From positions 32,001 to 96,000 of the IMG/VR virus record IMGVR_UViG_3300024255_000006: a stretch of DNA of 64,000 nucleotides. One strand, 5' to 3'. A program made the position numbers and the translations under genes. This DNA comes from a virus. This document shows, piece by piece, positions 1 to 10,956 of the stretch. The notes under the pieces were generated by a model. The model was given only the letters and a program-made list of their open reading frames with translations. It made no database searches and was not told the DNA's origin. Within the stretch, counting starts at the first letter, position 1, and every line of letters starts with the position of its first letter.

Positions 1-2
1 AA

Positions 3-3000
3 CAGGCAGATGTAAATAGTGGTAGAGATCTAACTTCTAAGTACCTCTATGTTGTACAGGGTGCTAATGTATTCACTCTAACTCCTGGTGATACAGTAGA
101 TGACTCTGTTGGTAATACGTATAAGGTTCTTTCTGTTGAAGATGAGAATGATATCGATGATACTTTCTACATCTTTGATGCTGAAGAAATTCAAGAGCGT
201 GTATCTGGTCAGCAAAATGGTATTTACTATCTAACTGCTGTTCGTGGTAACATCACTCCACTACCTCGTGGTGCTGGTGTTGCTAACAACTTCCAGAACT
301 TTAAGTTCTCTCAGCCTATTTCCTCACTGTATCCTCTAGACTATAAGAACGATCCAACTTGGTATCAGGTTATCGACAATGATGGTACTAAGGACACTCT
401 AATCAAGGATCCACAGGCATCTAGTTCTTTCGCTAATAACTATACTCACGGTCTAGTTTACGTCAACGACTACAAGCGTTCGATGACGAAAGAAGCAGTT
501 GTTGATCTAACTGAAAGTGCATACTTTGAAGATTACACCTACACTAGTGCTAACTCAATTGCTGCACAAGATGGTAATGCAACATCTGGTTCTGAGCAAA
601 GAAAGATTCCTATTGCTGGTGATACTGCATCTGTTCATGATCAGAAGGTTTATGTTGAACTTAGAAGACCATCTATTGCTAGATCTGGTAACCATACATT
701 TGAATATCTTGGTTTCGGTCCTGGTAACTACTCCACAGGTCTCCCAGCACGTCAGGAAGTCATTCTAACTGAGTTCCAAGACTACTATGCTCAAGCGAAG
801 CGCCAAGACGGTGGTATCGTCTTCTACACGGGTCTAAACTCTAACGGTGACCTCTATATTGGTAACCGTAAGATTGACGCCATTACAGGCGAAGAGGAGT
901 TCCTTGAGAGAGCAGTTCTAACAGCATCTGAAGATGATTCTGATCCTATCGAGTCACTGGTTACATCATTTGATACTCCAGTTACATTTAAGGATAAGAT
1001 TACTGTTGAAGGTATTTCTTACCTCAACAACAGAGTCATCATCAATACTCAACCACCTGCAGAATCACCAGCACTGGTCATTCAATCAAACCCAAGAAAT
1101 GATGGTGGTAACGAGGATAATACTTTAACAAGAGGTAGCTTCGCTAACCGAAGTGACGGCGACATTACTATTGATCGCAATAAAATTTCCGCGGCTATTT
1201 TTGAGACAAAAGGTCGCGGTACAGTTTCCTTCCCTGGACAAACATATAGTCAGAGAACTCACTATTCATACTCTGAGCAGATCCCAACCAACAGAACTCC
1301 TGATCAAAGTTCGACATTCTCATCTGATCAGTTTGTAAGATATTATCAATCTACAGATGTAGATGCGAATCCACAACCAGGAGATATGCTGCTGAAGGGC
1401 AATTCTGTCCAGAATTCAGGTTCTCTCGGATGGGTTTATTCAAACTATTATCAAGAAATTCCTGCTGGTAGTATTCTTGATCTTGTAACTAACGGTTCTT
1501 CGACTGTTAGAATCAACTGGAGTGGTGTTCTAACGAACGCAGACACTAGCATTAAGATGAGTGTTGGTAAGACAATCCGTATTCAAGGATTCTCTCAATC
1601 ATTGATTAACGGTCTATGGACAGTTACAAGAGCAGATCAGACAGGTGCTGATAATGACTTTATTGAATTTATTGTTGCTAATGCGATCACTGGTCAAACT
1701 TACAACTGGGATCCAGCAAGTCAACCAACCGCAGTTCTAGAGCGTTCTGAAGAATCGTGGAAAGAATTTGGTGTTCTCGGTTCTGAAGCACTTAGAACTG
1801 ATACTGATGCTATCGGTGAGTATAAGTTGGGTGTTAACACACTTGCTCGTACTGCACATGCTGCACATGAATTTGGATTCTTAACATATTCTGCTGGTGG
1901 AACAACATATGATCAGCAAGAACCAAGAGCAAACTTAGATGTTGTTGGTAATGCATTTATTAGCGGTAGAACAATCAGCAATGCTCAGTACATGGCTGGT
2001 ACTGGAACCGCGAAGGTTGAGTCAAACGTTCATGAAGCATTCTTGGTTGGTGGTAACTCTGCTTCACCACAATCTACAGCACTGTTTAGAGTTGATACAA
2101 CCAACAATCGTATTGGTATTAACCTATCCAGAAGTGATCTAAGTGATACTCTAACAATCAATGGTACACTTAAACTACTTGGCCCATCATCTAATGTAGA
2201 TATTGATGGTGATCTCAATGTTGATGGTGGAGACATCACAACTAACGTTGCTACATTCAATCTACTGAATGATAATGCACTTACAATCAATGCATTTGGT
2301 GATGCTACTACACTCACCATTGCTGATGATGCAACATCAGATCAAACTATCAATATCGGTACATCTGCTGCAGGACTTGGTACTCTCAATATTCATACCA
2401 GTCTAGACAGATCGGTTATTAACATTGGTACAACACCAAATAATAATCCTACATCAACGTCTGTTATTACAATTGGTGGTGGATTCCAGAATACTGCTAA
2501 TTCCACACTGACTGTTAAGAATGCTCAGACAATTCTTGATGGTGATCTAGATGTTAATGGTGGTGATATTCAGTCCAATTCTTCTACCATTAATCTCTTT
2601 ACGAGATCTGGATTTGGTAACATCGTCAACTTTGCAACGAGAGCGTCACAGTTCACCATTGGTGGTGTTGCTGGATCAACAACAATTAGAAACTCTCTGA
2701 TTGTTAACGGCGACACAGACATGATGGGTGATGTCACCATGAATGGTGGATCAAACAGCGGTACTGTTACTGTTACTAGAGCATCACTGAATACTGCAAA
2801 GATTACTCACACTGCTGGTTCACTTTCAAATCTGAATGTTGACTTCTATGAGTTCATCGCTGATATTGATGGTGCTGAAATTCTTACTAGTGTAAATGGT
2901 AGCAATGGTCAAATCGCTGTTGCAGATAACTATTTCCTCGATGGTAATACAGTTAGATTCAGTGATACTACTGGTCTTTCTAACAATGTAAACACCACTA

Positions 3001-4907
3001 CAACATATTTTGTCGTTAATAGTTCTGCTGCTAATGGAACACTTCAAATTGCTGCTACTGAAGGTGGTACTCCTATTGTTTTCTCTGGTACTCCTGGTAC
3101 TTCAACTGGCATCACACTTCAGAACACGTTGGTTGATACTGGATCAGGCACTAACGCTTGGACTGGTAATTCTTCTGATGCTGAGTATACTAGACTTCCT
3201 GTTAATAACGTTGAGGGTATTGAGATCGGTGATATTCTAATCATCGGTAGTGAACTGGTTGAGGTTATCTCTCCTGGTCCAGATTCTAATACTAGAATCG
3301 TTCCTGTTAATAGAGGTGTTGACTGTACAACTATTCCAACCAATACAGCAGACAACACAGTTATCAACAAACTTGCTAAGTCTCCTGGTGCAACATATAC
3401 TGTTGGTAGAGTTCCACAGAACTCATCAACTCCTACAGTATCTAATCTAAATGCAGTTGCAGATACACTTGAAGTTCCCATTGGCGCACTACAAGAAGGT
3501 GATGCAGTCTCCTTCAGTTCAATCGGAAGCATTCAAGGTGCTATCGTACAAGGTCCAACATACTTTGTAGCGAATGTTATTAATGATACTGCTAATAGCG
3601 TCACTAGATTTAACCTAGCAGGTGATCCTGGTGGTGGTGCTTTAGATATCACTGGTGGATCTACAACTGGTGCAGTTCTTAACTTCAGTGATACTCTGAT
3701 TGCTCTTGCTGAGTTTGGTGGTCAGATTAAGGTTGGTGACTACTTGAGAATCAGTCCAAGTACCACTTGCCCATCAGGTGAATTTGTAGAGGTTATCAAT
3801 GTTAACACTACAAACGCTGAGAAGTTTACTGTTAATAACGGTGCAAATCAGGATAGATTCGTAATTGATTCTGTCTTTGGTGGTGTTAATTCAACTATTC
3901 TTGGTGAGCAAGACTTCAGCATTAACCTCACTGCTGTTGCATCAACTAATGCAGATGATAACAAGTTCAGAGTTGTTAATGGAACTGGTCTCAGTCCAGC
4001 AGAGAGATTTACAATTAATTCTGCTGGTACTGTTGACTTTGTTGGTGATGGAACCACGGCAGATCCTAATGCTAGACTCAAGTCTGATGGTATGTTCTGG
4101 TTGTCTAATGACTTCAGAGTTACCAATGGAAATGGTTCTAACATTGATAGTGATGTTAATGACCTATCTCTATTATTTGATAGCAGTGATGGTGACCTAG
4201 ATGTTCAGGGTCATATCAGACTTGGTGATAATCTCTCTGTATTCAAAGACCATGGTACTGGTGTTGGATTTAGTGGCGCTGATCGTGTCTTCCATGTTGC
4301 AAATGCCGATGGTGATACAATAATTGGTGAAACTGGTGGTGCATATGGTGCAGGTGATCTAACTGTTAACGGTGGTCACCTCCAATTGGTTGGTGCATCA
4401 ACTACAACTCCAAGTAGTACTGATTATCCACTAAGCATCACAAACATGGGTGTAAGTGGTAATAGAAACTATAGAATCCGTCGTGATGCTGCTATTGATG
4501 CATTTGGTGTTACTCAGTTCTATAACAAGAACGGTGGTCGTAGATGGGATTACATCAACGCCGACACAACACTTGAAACTGGTAAGAACTACATCGTCGC
4601 AGTTTCTGCAGATATGGTTCTAACTTTACCATCTAATGCAGAGACAGGTGATATGATTAGATTCATCGAAGTTACTGGTTCAATCTCATATGCACAATCT
4701 ATAATTCTTCGTGCTCCAAACGGTGGTTCTATTCAAGGTGATAACCAAGGTACAAACGCTGGTGGTCTTCCCTCCGCTTATCAAGGTGGTGAGTTGATCG
4801 TCCAAACTAGAAATGCTGGTTTTGGACTAGTCTATATGGGATCACAAGATGGTGGTGGTCAGTCAATCCCGACTACATATAGGGGATGGTGGTTAACTGA
4901 AATTTGA
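3..4907 (+). CDS. Large virion tail/fibre structural protein, 5'-truncated (gene starts upstream of the window)
   Basis: Frame of ORF 483..4907 is open back to position 3 (QADVNSGRDLTSKYLY...), so Met483 is internal. G/T/N/D-rich, beta-type composition; C-terminal 'TLPSNAETGDMIRFIEV...GWWLTEI' domain typical of cyanophage tail proteins. Confidence 0.8.
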   Translation, partial: QADVNSGRDLTSKYLYVVQGANVFTLTPGDTVDDSVGNTYKVLSVEDENDIDDTFYIFDAEEIQERVSGQQNGIYYLTAVRGNITPLPRGAGVANNFQNFKFSQPISSLYPLDYKNDPTWYQVIDNDGTKDTLIKDPQASSSFANNYTHGLVYVNDYKRSMTKEAVVDLTESAYFEDYTYTSANSIAAQDGNATSGSEQRKIPIAGDTASVHDQKVYVELRRPSIARSGNHTFEYLGFGPGNYSTGLPARQEVILTEFQDYYAQAKRQDGGIVFYTGLNSNGDLYIGNRKIDAITGEEEFLERAVLTASEDDSDPIESLVTSFDTPVTFKDKITVEGISYLNNRVIINTQPPAESPALVIQSNPRNDGGNEDNTLTRGSFANRSDGDITIDRNKISAAIFETKGRGTVSFPGQTYSQRTHYSYSEQIPTNRTPDQSSTFSSDQFVRYYQSTDVDANPQPGDMLLKGNSVQNSGSLGWVYSNYYQEIPAGSILDLVTNGSSTVRINWSGVLTNADTSIKMSVGKTIRIQGFSQSLINGLWTVTRADQTGADNDFIEFIVANAITGQTYNWDPASQPTAVLERSEESWKEFGVLGSEALRTDTDAIGEYKLGVNTLARTAHAAHEFGFLTYSAGGTTYDQQEPRANLDVVGNAFISGRTISNAQYMAGTGTAKVESNVHEAFLVGGNSASPQSTALFRVDTTNNRIGINLSRSDLSDTLTINGTLKLLGPSSNVDIDGDLNVDGGDITTNVATFNLLNDNALTINAFGDATTLTIADDATSDQTINIGTSAAGLGTLNIHTSLDRSVINIGTTPNNNPTSTSVITIGGGFQNTANSTLTVKNAQTILDGDLDVNGGDIQSNSSTINLFTRSGFGNIVNFATRASQFTIGGVAGSTTIRNSLIVNGDTDMMGDVTMNGGSNSGTVTVTRASLNTAKITHTAGSLSNLNVDFYEFIADIDGAEILTSVNGSNGQIAVADNYFLDGNTVRFSDTTGLSNNVNTTTTYFVVNSSAANGTLQIAATEGGTPIVFSGTPGTSTGITLQNTLVDTGSGTNAWTGNSSDAEYTRLPVNNVEGIEIGDILIIGSELVEVISPGPDSNTRIVPVNRGVDCTTIPTNTADNTVINKLAKSPGATYTVGRVPQNSSTPTVSNLNAVADTLEVPIGALQEGDAVSFSSIGSIQGAIVQGPTYFVANVINDTANSVTRFNLAGDPGGGALDITGGSTTGAVLNFSDTLIALAEFGGQIKVGDYLRISPSTTCPSGEFVEVINVNTTNAEKFTVNNGANQDRFVIDSVFGGVNSTILGEQDFSINLTAVASTNADDNKFRVVNGTGLSPAERFTINSAGTVDFVGDGTTADPNARLKSDGMFWLSNDFRVTNGNGSNIDSDVNDLSLLFDSSDGDLDVQGHIRLGDNLSVFKDHGTGVGFSGADRVFHVANADGDTIIGETGGAYGAGDLTVNGGHLQLVGASTTTPSSTDYPLSITNMGVSGNRNYRIRRDAAIDAFGVTQFYNKNGGRRWDYINADTTLETGKNYIVAVSADMVLTLPSNAETGDMIRFIEVTGSISYAQSIILRAPNGGSIQGDNQGTNAGGLPSAYQGGELIVQTRNAGFGLVYMGSQDGGGQSIPTTYRGWWLTEI

Positions 4908-4916
4908 TAACTAAAA

Positions 4917-6455
4917 ATGTCTAAAAGTTACGAAACAGAAAGGAGAATGCGTGCTGCTACAATCGGCACCATTCTTCCTTGGACAGGAAGTGCAGGAGAT
5001 AAGCCAGATGGTTGGATCGAATGCAATGGACAAACACTAGAAGCAATTGACTTTCCAGTTCTTGCTTCAGTTATTGGTAACACCTATGGTCCTACTAATG
5101 GACTGAATAGTAGAACTTATGGTGCATACATTCTTGGTGATCAGTTTAGACTGCCTACATTGAATGGTAGAGTCCTTGTTGATTATGAAGCAGACTATTT
5201 GTCTATAACTGCATTACAGATGGGACAAAATTACTCATCTGGTGCTGTTGGTGGTATCAATATTATTCAGGGTGAAGTTGACTTACTTAGAAGTGCTACT
5301 AACCCTCAAACAATTGCTAATGGAACTGGAAACTTAGCAAATGGTCCTGGAGTTTCTGGTACTGGACTACAACTTAGCGTAAGTTGCAACTCTGCTGGTA
5401 GAGTTGGTATCGATAACATTATTGCAACTGGGTCTGGATTTGCAGCAGGAAATCAATTTATAATTCCTGCATCTTTGTTTGGTGCAAATTCTCAAGAAGA
5501 TGTTATTCTCGAAGTTCAGTGGGTTCTACCATCAGTTGCTGATGTTCTAACACCGTCTGGAGCAGGAACTACACAACTTATTACTGGTAATGGAGATGCA
5601 ACTACTCCACCAACATCAGCAAATGCTACGGCAGACATCAACTTTGTTGTTTCTGATTCTAGCAATCTAACCGCACAGATTAGAAATTTTAGTATTAACC
5701 CACCAGCATATTTCAAATCATTCTATACAGTTCCTAGAAGACTTTCTAAGGATCATATGCCTTCTCATAGACATGCTAATCCTTCAGGTGAATCTGGATA
5801 TAGTCGTGCTGACCCTGATGCTGGTTTTGTTGAAGGATTCCAATGTCCCTCTTTCGGATCTTCTGTAGAAGGAAATCAAAAACAAAAATCGCTACAATCT
5901 CCACGAGATTCTGTTCTTCCTGGAGTTGGATTTGTTACTACATTTGAGGAAGGAAGAACAATTGTTTCTACATCTGGACCTGCAAAATTAAACGTTAATA
6001 CTATTGGTGGTGGTCTTGGTGTTGATCAACCTGTTTGGTCTGGTCCTCATCCTAGACCTTTAAGTGGTAACTCTGGTGCTAGTGGAAACTGTAATTACAG
6101 AGAAGCAGCAGCAAGTGGATTGTTTACCAATAGAAAAAACTGGTATGGTAATCAGTCTGCAAACCAAATTGCTAATGCTGGTGGTCCATCTTTAACATAT
6201 CCAACAACTCTAAACCATAATGGTGAAGATCATACAGGAATTAGATCTCATAATCATTATAGTTTTGAGGTTGCTATGAATGCTGGATTCTTGAGACCAC
6301 CAACAATTGTTCCTGTTAACAATTTGCAAATTGATAGCAGTTTGACTGGTGTAGCAACCAATATTGCTGCTCAAAACCTTCCATCAGCACTAAATATCAA
6401 TGTGGATGTTAAAACTCCATCATTAACCATGATTTATCTCATCCGAGCTTTCTAA
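4917..6455 (+). CDS. Tail collar-domain fibre protein
   Basis: N-terminal 'IGTILPWTG...GWIECNGQTL...FPVLASVIGNTYG...FRLPTLNGR' tail collar motif; HxH motifs (SHRH, SHNH). Confidence 0.8.
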   Translation: MSKSYETERRMRAATIGTILPWTGSAGDKPDGWIECNGQTLEAIDFPVLASVIGNTYGPTNGLNSRTYGAYILGDQFRLPTLNGRVLVDYEADYLSITALQMGQNYSSGAVGGINIIQGEVDLLRSATNPQTIANGTGNLANGPGVSGTGLQLSVSCNSAGRVGIDNIIATGSGFAAGNQFIIPASLFGANSQEDVILEVQWVLPSVADVLTPSGAGTTQLITGNGDATTPPTSANATADINFVVSDSSNLTAQIRNFSINPPAYFKSFYTVPRRLSKDHMPSHRHANPSGESGYSRADPDAGFVEGFQCPSFGSSVEGNQKQKSLQSPRDSVLPGVGFVTTFEEGRTIVSTSGPAKLNVNTIGGGLGVDQPVWSGPHPRPLSGNSGASGNCNYREAAASGLFTNRKNWYGNQSANQIANAGGPSLTYPTTLNHNGEDHTGIRSHNHYSFEVAMNAGFLRPPTIVPVNNLQIDSSLTGVATNIAAQNLPSALNINVDVKTPSLTMIYLIRAF

Positions 6456-7579
6456 TGAAGTTTTTACAAAAAGAAAGAGCAAAATTAGGATCTGCTCCTG
6501 GTACGATTATCCAGTGGTCTACTCCTATTTTAGATAATGATCCAGATGCATCAAATAACGTAGTTGATTTACCAGCTGGTTATTTGAAGTGTGATGGATC
6601 AATCTATAGCAGCAGGCAATATCCATACCTAGCAAAAATTCTAGGTACTGGTGGTGGTAGTCTCTATAAAAAAGATGATCAAACCTTAGATGATGATCAG
6701 TTTCAAGTTCCAGATTTAGGATCTAAACATATTGAAGCATCTGTTGGTGCAAACATTGGTTCATATAGAAATGATACCAAAGTAACTGGAACAGATACCG
6801 TAGTACAGAAAGCAGGTGTTGGTGTAGATATTTTCTCTAATATCGGTGATACAGCACAGGTGGGATTCAATGGTGTTTTTACTGTACCATCACAAAATTT
6901 TGCCCTGAATGGTAATATTGGTTGGACTTTCCCAACATCATCTGAAACTGAAAGTGTTAGTGATAGAGCGATCGGTCCTCATATGCACTATTCTTCTACT
7001 GGTAGAGTTGCAGTTAAAGAGGCACCTGGATTTGGTAATACTTCTAGACCATATTATTTGCGTCCAGAAGATACTTCAACGGCATCTCCTGATTGTAATT
7101 CAGTTGGTGAAGCATATCACAGTCGCGAAGGTCAAGGTCCTAATTTCTGTAATAATACCTGTGAGAACTTTCAGGAGGCATTTATTGGTAATGTTGAAGG
7201 ATCTTCTTCTCAGTGGACAACTTCTAAGACAATCTCTACTATCACTGCAGCAAACTGGCCAAACACTGCTACAGTTAATGTAGGTAATTTGAGACCATTT
7301 GATACAGTACCACAAGGTGCTCAGATTGCATATGCAACTGCTAGAAATACTGAGCAGGTAGTTGAGTCTCCACCTGGAACAGATACTACTGACCTTACGT
7401 CACATTCTCACAGACTTGATAGAGATTTTAGTGAAACTAGTTATGAAGCGACAACTGATGTCGGAACTATCAGACCTGATGGATTGAGTGCTGCTGTTAA
7501 CGTTAGAACGTCAACATCGACTAAATTTGATGATGTTGTCTCTCCATACATTGTTATTGAATTTCTAATCAAATACTAA
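6455..7579 (+). CDS. Tail collar-domain fibre protein
   Basis: 'GYLKCDGSIY...YPYLAKILGTG...FQVPDLGSK' collar motif; PHMH and SHSH motifs; TAATG overlap with previous gene. Confidence 0.8.
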   Translation: MKFLQKERAKLGSAPGTIIQWSTPILDNDPDASNNVVDLPAGYLKCDGSIYSSRQYPYLAKILGTGGGSLYKKDDQTLDDDQFQVPDLGSKHIEASVGANIGSYRNDTKVTGTDTVVQKAGVGVDIFSNIGDTAQVGFNGVFTVPSQNFALNGNIGWTFPTSSETESVSDRAIGPHMHYSSTGRVAVKEAPGFGNTSRPYYLRPEDTSTASPDCNSVGEAYHSREGQGPNFCNNTCENFQEAFIGNVEGSSSQWTTSKTISTITAANWPNTATVNVGNLRPFDTVPQGAQIAYATARNTEQVVESPPGTDTTDLTSHSHRLDRDFSETSYEATTDVGTIRPDGLSAAVNVRTSTSTKFDDVVSPYIVIEFLIKY

Positions 7580-7580
7580 A

Positions 7581-8654
7581 ATGGCTGTACGATCAAAAGG
7601 TAGTTATACACATCATTATTCGGATCAGATAGGAGACTCTGGAGCTCCAATCGGTTCAATTTGTTGTGTCTTTGTAGATGATGCTAGTTCTGCATCTGCT
7701 ACAACTGATGCTGTTGCAGATAATTATCCTGGTTGGTTGTACTGTGATGGTTCTTTAGTCAGTGTAGAGAATTATCCTCTGTTATTTGAAGTTCTTGGTA
7801 ATAAGTATGGTGGAACAAATCCACAATCAGTGAATTTGCGTGACTGGGGAAGCACTGCGGGCAGTACAGTTAGTGCTACATTTAACCTACCTGATCTCAG
7901 AATGAAGAGATTAAATGGTCCTGGTGGTGTCGATGGTCCTGGTTCTATTACTCCTGATAATTCTCAGATGCAGGTTGGTGATACTGGCGGTGAGTGGTAT
8001 ATCTCTAGATCAAGACAATTAGATGAATATACTATTGGAACTGTTAGAGTGCAAGGATATGATACATGTATTGACTTCATCGATGGATCTTTGAGTGGTA
8101 ACACACAAATTACTGTTGGACCACTACAATCTAGACCTCTAACTGGTCCACCACCACACACTCACTTGCTACTTAATAGTGAGGGAGACCAAAGACAGGG
8201 CATGAAAAATGGTGATGCTCATAATGGTAATACATTTTCACCAAACTACATCACAAACAAAGCAGCAGTTTCTCAGTTTGACCCAGCAGAAGGCATTCAA
8301 GCTGAGCACAGTCACTATCTTGCTGAATTTAATCCAATTAGAATTGGAAGTAACGAGCAGTATTCATTTGATACAACTGTAACTTACACTAATAGTCCAA
8401 CTGCGTATTCAAATGTATATGGTGCGAGTAAAGTAAATGATGGTTCGACTAATAGTCAGGGACAAACAGTTGATATGGAGGAACAGTTTATTATTAACAT
8501 TAACCCAGCACAGGCAGGTATTACTCTAAACTCTGGTACAATAACAATGACTGCTGCAGAACAAATTAGTGTTGTTGCATCAATCATACCTACTACTCCT
8601 GTCCCACTTGTGCTAAAATACTTTAGGGTCAAATATTTAATTAAAGCTTGGTGA
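7581..8654 (+). CDS. Tail collar-domain fibre protein
   Basis: 'PIGSI...GWLYCDGSLV...YPLLFEVLGNKYGG...FNLPDLR' collar motif; PHTH and EHSH motifs. Confidence 0.8.
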   Translation: MAVRSKGSYTHHYSDQIGDSGAPIGSICCVFVDDASSASATTDAVADNYPGWLYCDGSLVSVENYPLLFEVLGNKYGGTNPQSVNLRDWGSTAGSTVSATFNLPDLRMKRLNGPGGVDGPGSITPDNSQMQVGDTGGEWYISRSRQLDEYTIGTVRVQGYDTCIDFIDGSLSGNTQITVGPLQSRPLTGPPPHTHLLLNSEGDQRQGMKNGDAHNGNTFSPNYITNKAAVSQFDPAEGIQAEHSHYLAEFNPIRIGSNEQYSFDTTVTYTNSPTAYSNVYGASKVNDGSTNSQGQTVDMEEQFIININPAQAGITLNSGTITMTAAEQISVVASIIPTTPVPLVLKYFRVKYLIKAW

Positions 8655-8662
8655 AATAAATT

Positions 8663-9364
8663 ATGCCTATTACAACTCCTGGGTCATCTAACTTTAACGA
8701 GATGTTGAACCCAATCATTCCCGTCAACCTGATGGGTGGAAAGGGAAAGTTTGATGATTTTGTTGGCGTTTGGGAAAACTTTGTTCCTGAATCAGTTTGT
8801 ACAGAACTCATTGACTTCTTTAAATGCTGGAAAGAAAATGCAACTATTGTGAACGAAGAGCGTGACCTACAGTTATTAGATATTGCAGATGCATCGACTG
8901 AAGCTTGTAGTGGTCAAACACAATTTGCTTCTGGTCATCTTGGAAGAAGCGATCTTGCTCTCATGATTGATAACATGAGTATCCCGCTTTCAAATACTGT
9001 TAATCAGTATTTGCAATCTTGTGTTAATCATTACTGTAGAGAATATCATGCACTTGGATCATCGCCTATTACATCTTGGTCGATTAAGATGCAAGAAACT
9101 CCTGCAGGTGGTGGATATCACGTTTATCACTATGAGCGTGGATCTTTTAACGAATCAGCACGAGAACTAGTGTGGATGATTTACTTGAATGACGAATTTG
9201 ATGGTGGTGAAACTGAATTCTTTTATCAGAGAAGACGCATCAAACCTTCTATTGGAACTGTAGTCATTTGGCCATCTGGATTCACACATACACATCGAGG
9301 CAACTTAGTGCTGGAAGGTACTAAATATATTGTAACAGGATGGTATTATCAGCAACCCGTTTAA
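8663..9364 (+). CDS. 2OG-Fe(II) oxygenase, prolyl-4-hydroxylase-like
   Basis: 'YHVYHYE', 'MIYLNDEFDGGETEF', 'GTVVIWPSGFTHTHRG...KYIVTGW'. Confidence 0.9.
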   Translation: MPITTPGSSNFNEMLNPIIPVNLMGGKGKFDDFVGVWENFVPESVCTELIDFFKCWKENATIVNEERDLQLLDIADASTEACSGQTQFASGHLGRSDLALMIDNMSIPLSNTVNQYLQSCVNHYCREYHALGSSPITSWSIKMQETPAGGGYHVYHYERGSFNESARELVWMIYLNDEFDGGETEFFYQRRRIKPSIGTVVIWPSGFTHTHRGNLVLEGTKYIVTGWYYQQPV

Positions 9365-9365
9365 C

Positions 9366-10241
9366 ATGAATATCACAAATAAAACCGTTATGATTAGCGG
9401 TCCTAGCAGGACCGTACAGAGAGGAACATTGACCGTTACGGTTAATGAGTCTGACTGGAATAGATATATCCTTCCGCTTATCTATCCTTTGTGGGATTCA
9501 GACAAGGATGTTCTGATGTCTTTTACATATCGTGATCTACCAGAAGAACAATTCTTCTGTGAGAAGAAAAAGTATGTTCGTAATCACACAACTGGAGAAT
9601 ATTTCTGGAAGGATTACATCTTCAGTGAAATTGAACTTGAAGTTGCACGTCAGTTAGCGACAGATCTCAGTGAAGCAATTGACGCTATCGCATCAACAAC
9701 AAAGAGAGATGTTGATGAGATGTTTAACACCATCATGAAAAGAGAGAAAGGTCTTTCTCTTGCACGAATTAAAGCATGGAGAAACTTCTTCTTGTTCTCT
9801 TCTGATTGGACTATGTTGGAAGATGCTCCAGTTTCAGCAGAAGAAAAAGAACAGTGGAGACTGTATCGTCAGAAGATTCGCGCATTGCCTGATCTATTTG
9901 ACTCTAATACTAAAGTTCTTGCTGAGGTCCATATTCCTATTGACCCAATTGTTTACAGAAAGAACTATTTGCCTTATAATGAGGGAGCAACTTATCTTGG
10001 AAGTGATGATCAGTTTATCTGGTTCCCAGGTAAAGAAGGACTTCCTGGTGGAGCACTAGACAGAGCAATGCATGAGTATATGCATCTTGCTGTTAAGATG
10101 TCTAGACCATCTCCAATGTTTAATGTTCCTAATATCTCCCATCTCACCGATCCAATCGATGCATTGGTAGCAGAGATTGAACGTGAACAAGCACTACTTG
10201 ATGAATTAAGAGAACAACAAAATGCAGCTTCGTCGGATTAA
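9366..10241 (+). CDS. Phage tail assembly chaperone-like protein
   Basis: 'RNFFLFSSDWTMLEDAPVS...QWRLYRQKIRALP' matches the phage tail assembly chaperone motif (R..LL..SDWTQ..D.P......W..YRQ.LRDLP); adjacent to fibre genes. Confidence 0.7.
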   Translation: MNITNKTVMISGPSRTVQRGTLTVTVNESDWNRYILPLIYPLWDSDKDVLMSFTYRDLPEEQFFCEKKKYVRNHTTGEYFWKDYIFSEIELEVARQLATDLSEAIDAIASTTKRDVDEMFNTIMKREKGLSLARIKAWRNFFLFSSDWTMLEDAPVSAEEKEQWRLYRQKIRALPDLFDSNTKVLAEVHIPIDPIVYRKNYLPYNEGATYLGSDDQFIWFPGKEGLPGGALDRAMHEYMHLAVKMSRPSPMFNVPNISHLTDPIDALVAEIEREQALLDELREQQNAASSD

Positions 10242-10956
10242 ATGGTTAGATGATGTGGTATGCAGTCACATCAATAACTTCTATGATTTTTGTGAATTTC
10301 AAGATGGTTCTAATACTGGACCAAGGAATCGATCGGTTAAAAGAAATGTAGAAATGATCGACAAAGACATGAAAGCATCGTCTTTGTTAATGGATCAATT
10401 CCATAAACACCCATTCATGCAAGCACTAACACTACGTCATGTAAGTGTTCCTTTGTTTGCAGAGTATAGATCTGAAGAGAATGGTCATTATTCATTTCAT
10501 AATGATGCTCCTCTCATGCATGACTTGAGAACGGATCATTTGTTTATTACTGCTATCAATGATGAGAGTGAGTATGAAGGTGGTGACTTAATCATTCGTT
10601 GGGGAACTGAAAATATTTCTTTCAGACTTCAAAAAGGTGAAGGCATTCTGATTGATCCCAATTTATGGCATACGGTAACTCCAGTCACAAAAGGCAAACG
10701 AAGAGTTGCTATCATGTGGTTTGAGAGTTTGATTCGTGATACTACAATACGAGAAATATATTTTGATTATGTTGATCTCTGTCATAGAGCAATTCAATGT
10801 ATTGATCCAGAGAAATGGGATGAAGTAAGTGATATCGATATACCTACATATTTCAACGGCATCAAATATAAAATTCTAAGAGAATATGGTGATGCATATC
10901 CAGGAAAACACTCTCCTGATTTCTCTGTACCATTAGACGAAAAATCCTATGAATAA
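10222..10956 (+). CDS. PKHD-type 2OG-Fe(II) hydroxylase (PiuC/YbiX-like)
   Basis: 'FQDGSNTG', 'FHND', 'EYEGGDLII', 'WHTVTPVTKGKRRVAIMWFESLIRD'. Confidence 0.85.
   Translation: MQLRRIKWLDDVVCSHINNFYDFCEFQDGSNTGPRNRSVKRNVEMIDKDMKASSLLMDQFHKHPFMQALTLRHVSVPLFAEYRSEENGHYSFHNDAPLMHDLRTDHLFITAINDESEYEGGDLIIRWGTENISFRLQKGEGILIDPNLWHTVTPVTKGKRRVAIMWFESLIRDTTIREIYFDYVDLCHRAIQCIDPEKWDEVSDIDIPTYFNGIKYKILREYGDAYPGKHSPDFSVPLDEKSYE

Noticed and set aside
517-4200. Short alternative-frame ORFs inside the first structural gene (similar ones occur inside gp6, gp7 and the DUF4815 gene)
   Set aside because: Typical shadows of T-ending codon bias; no RBS or motif.
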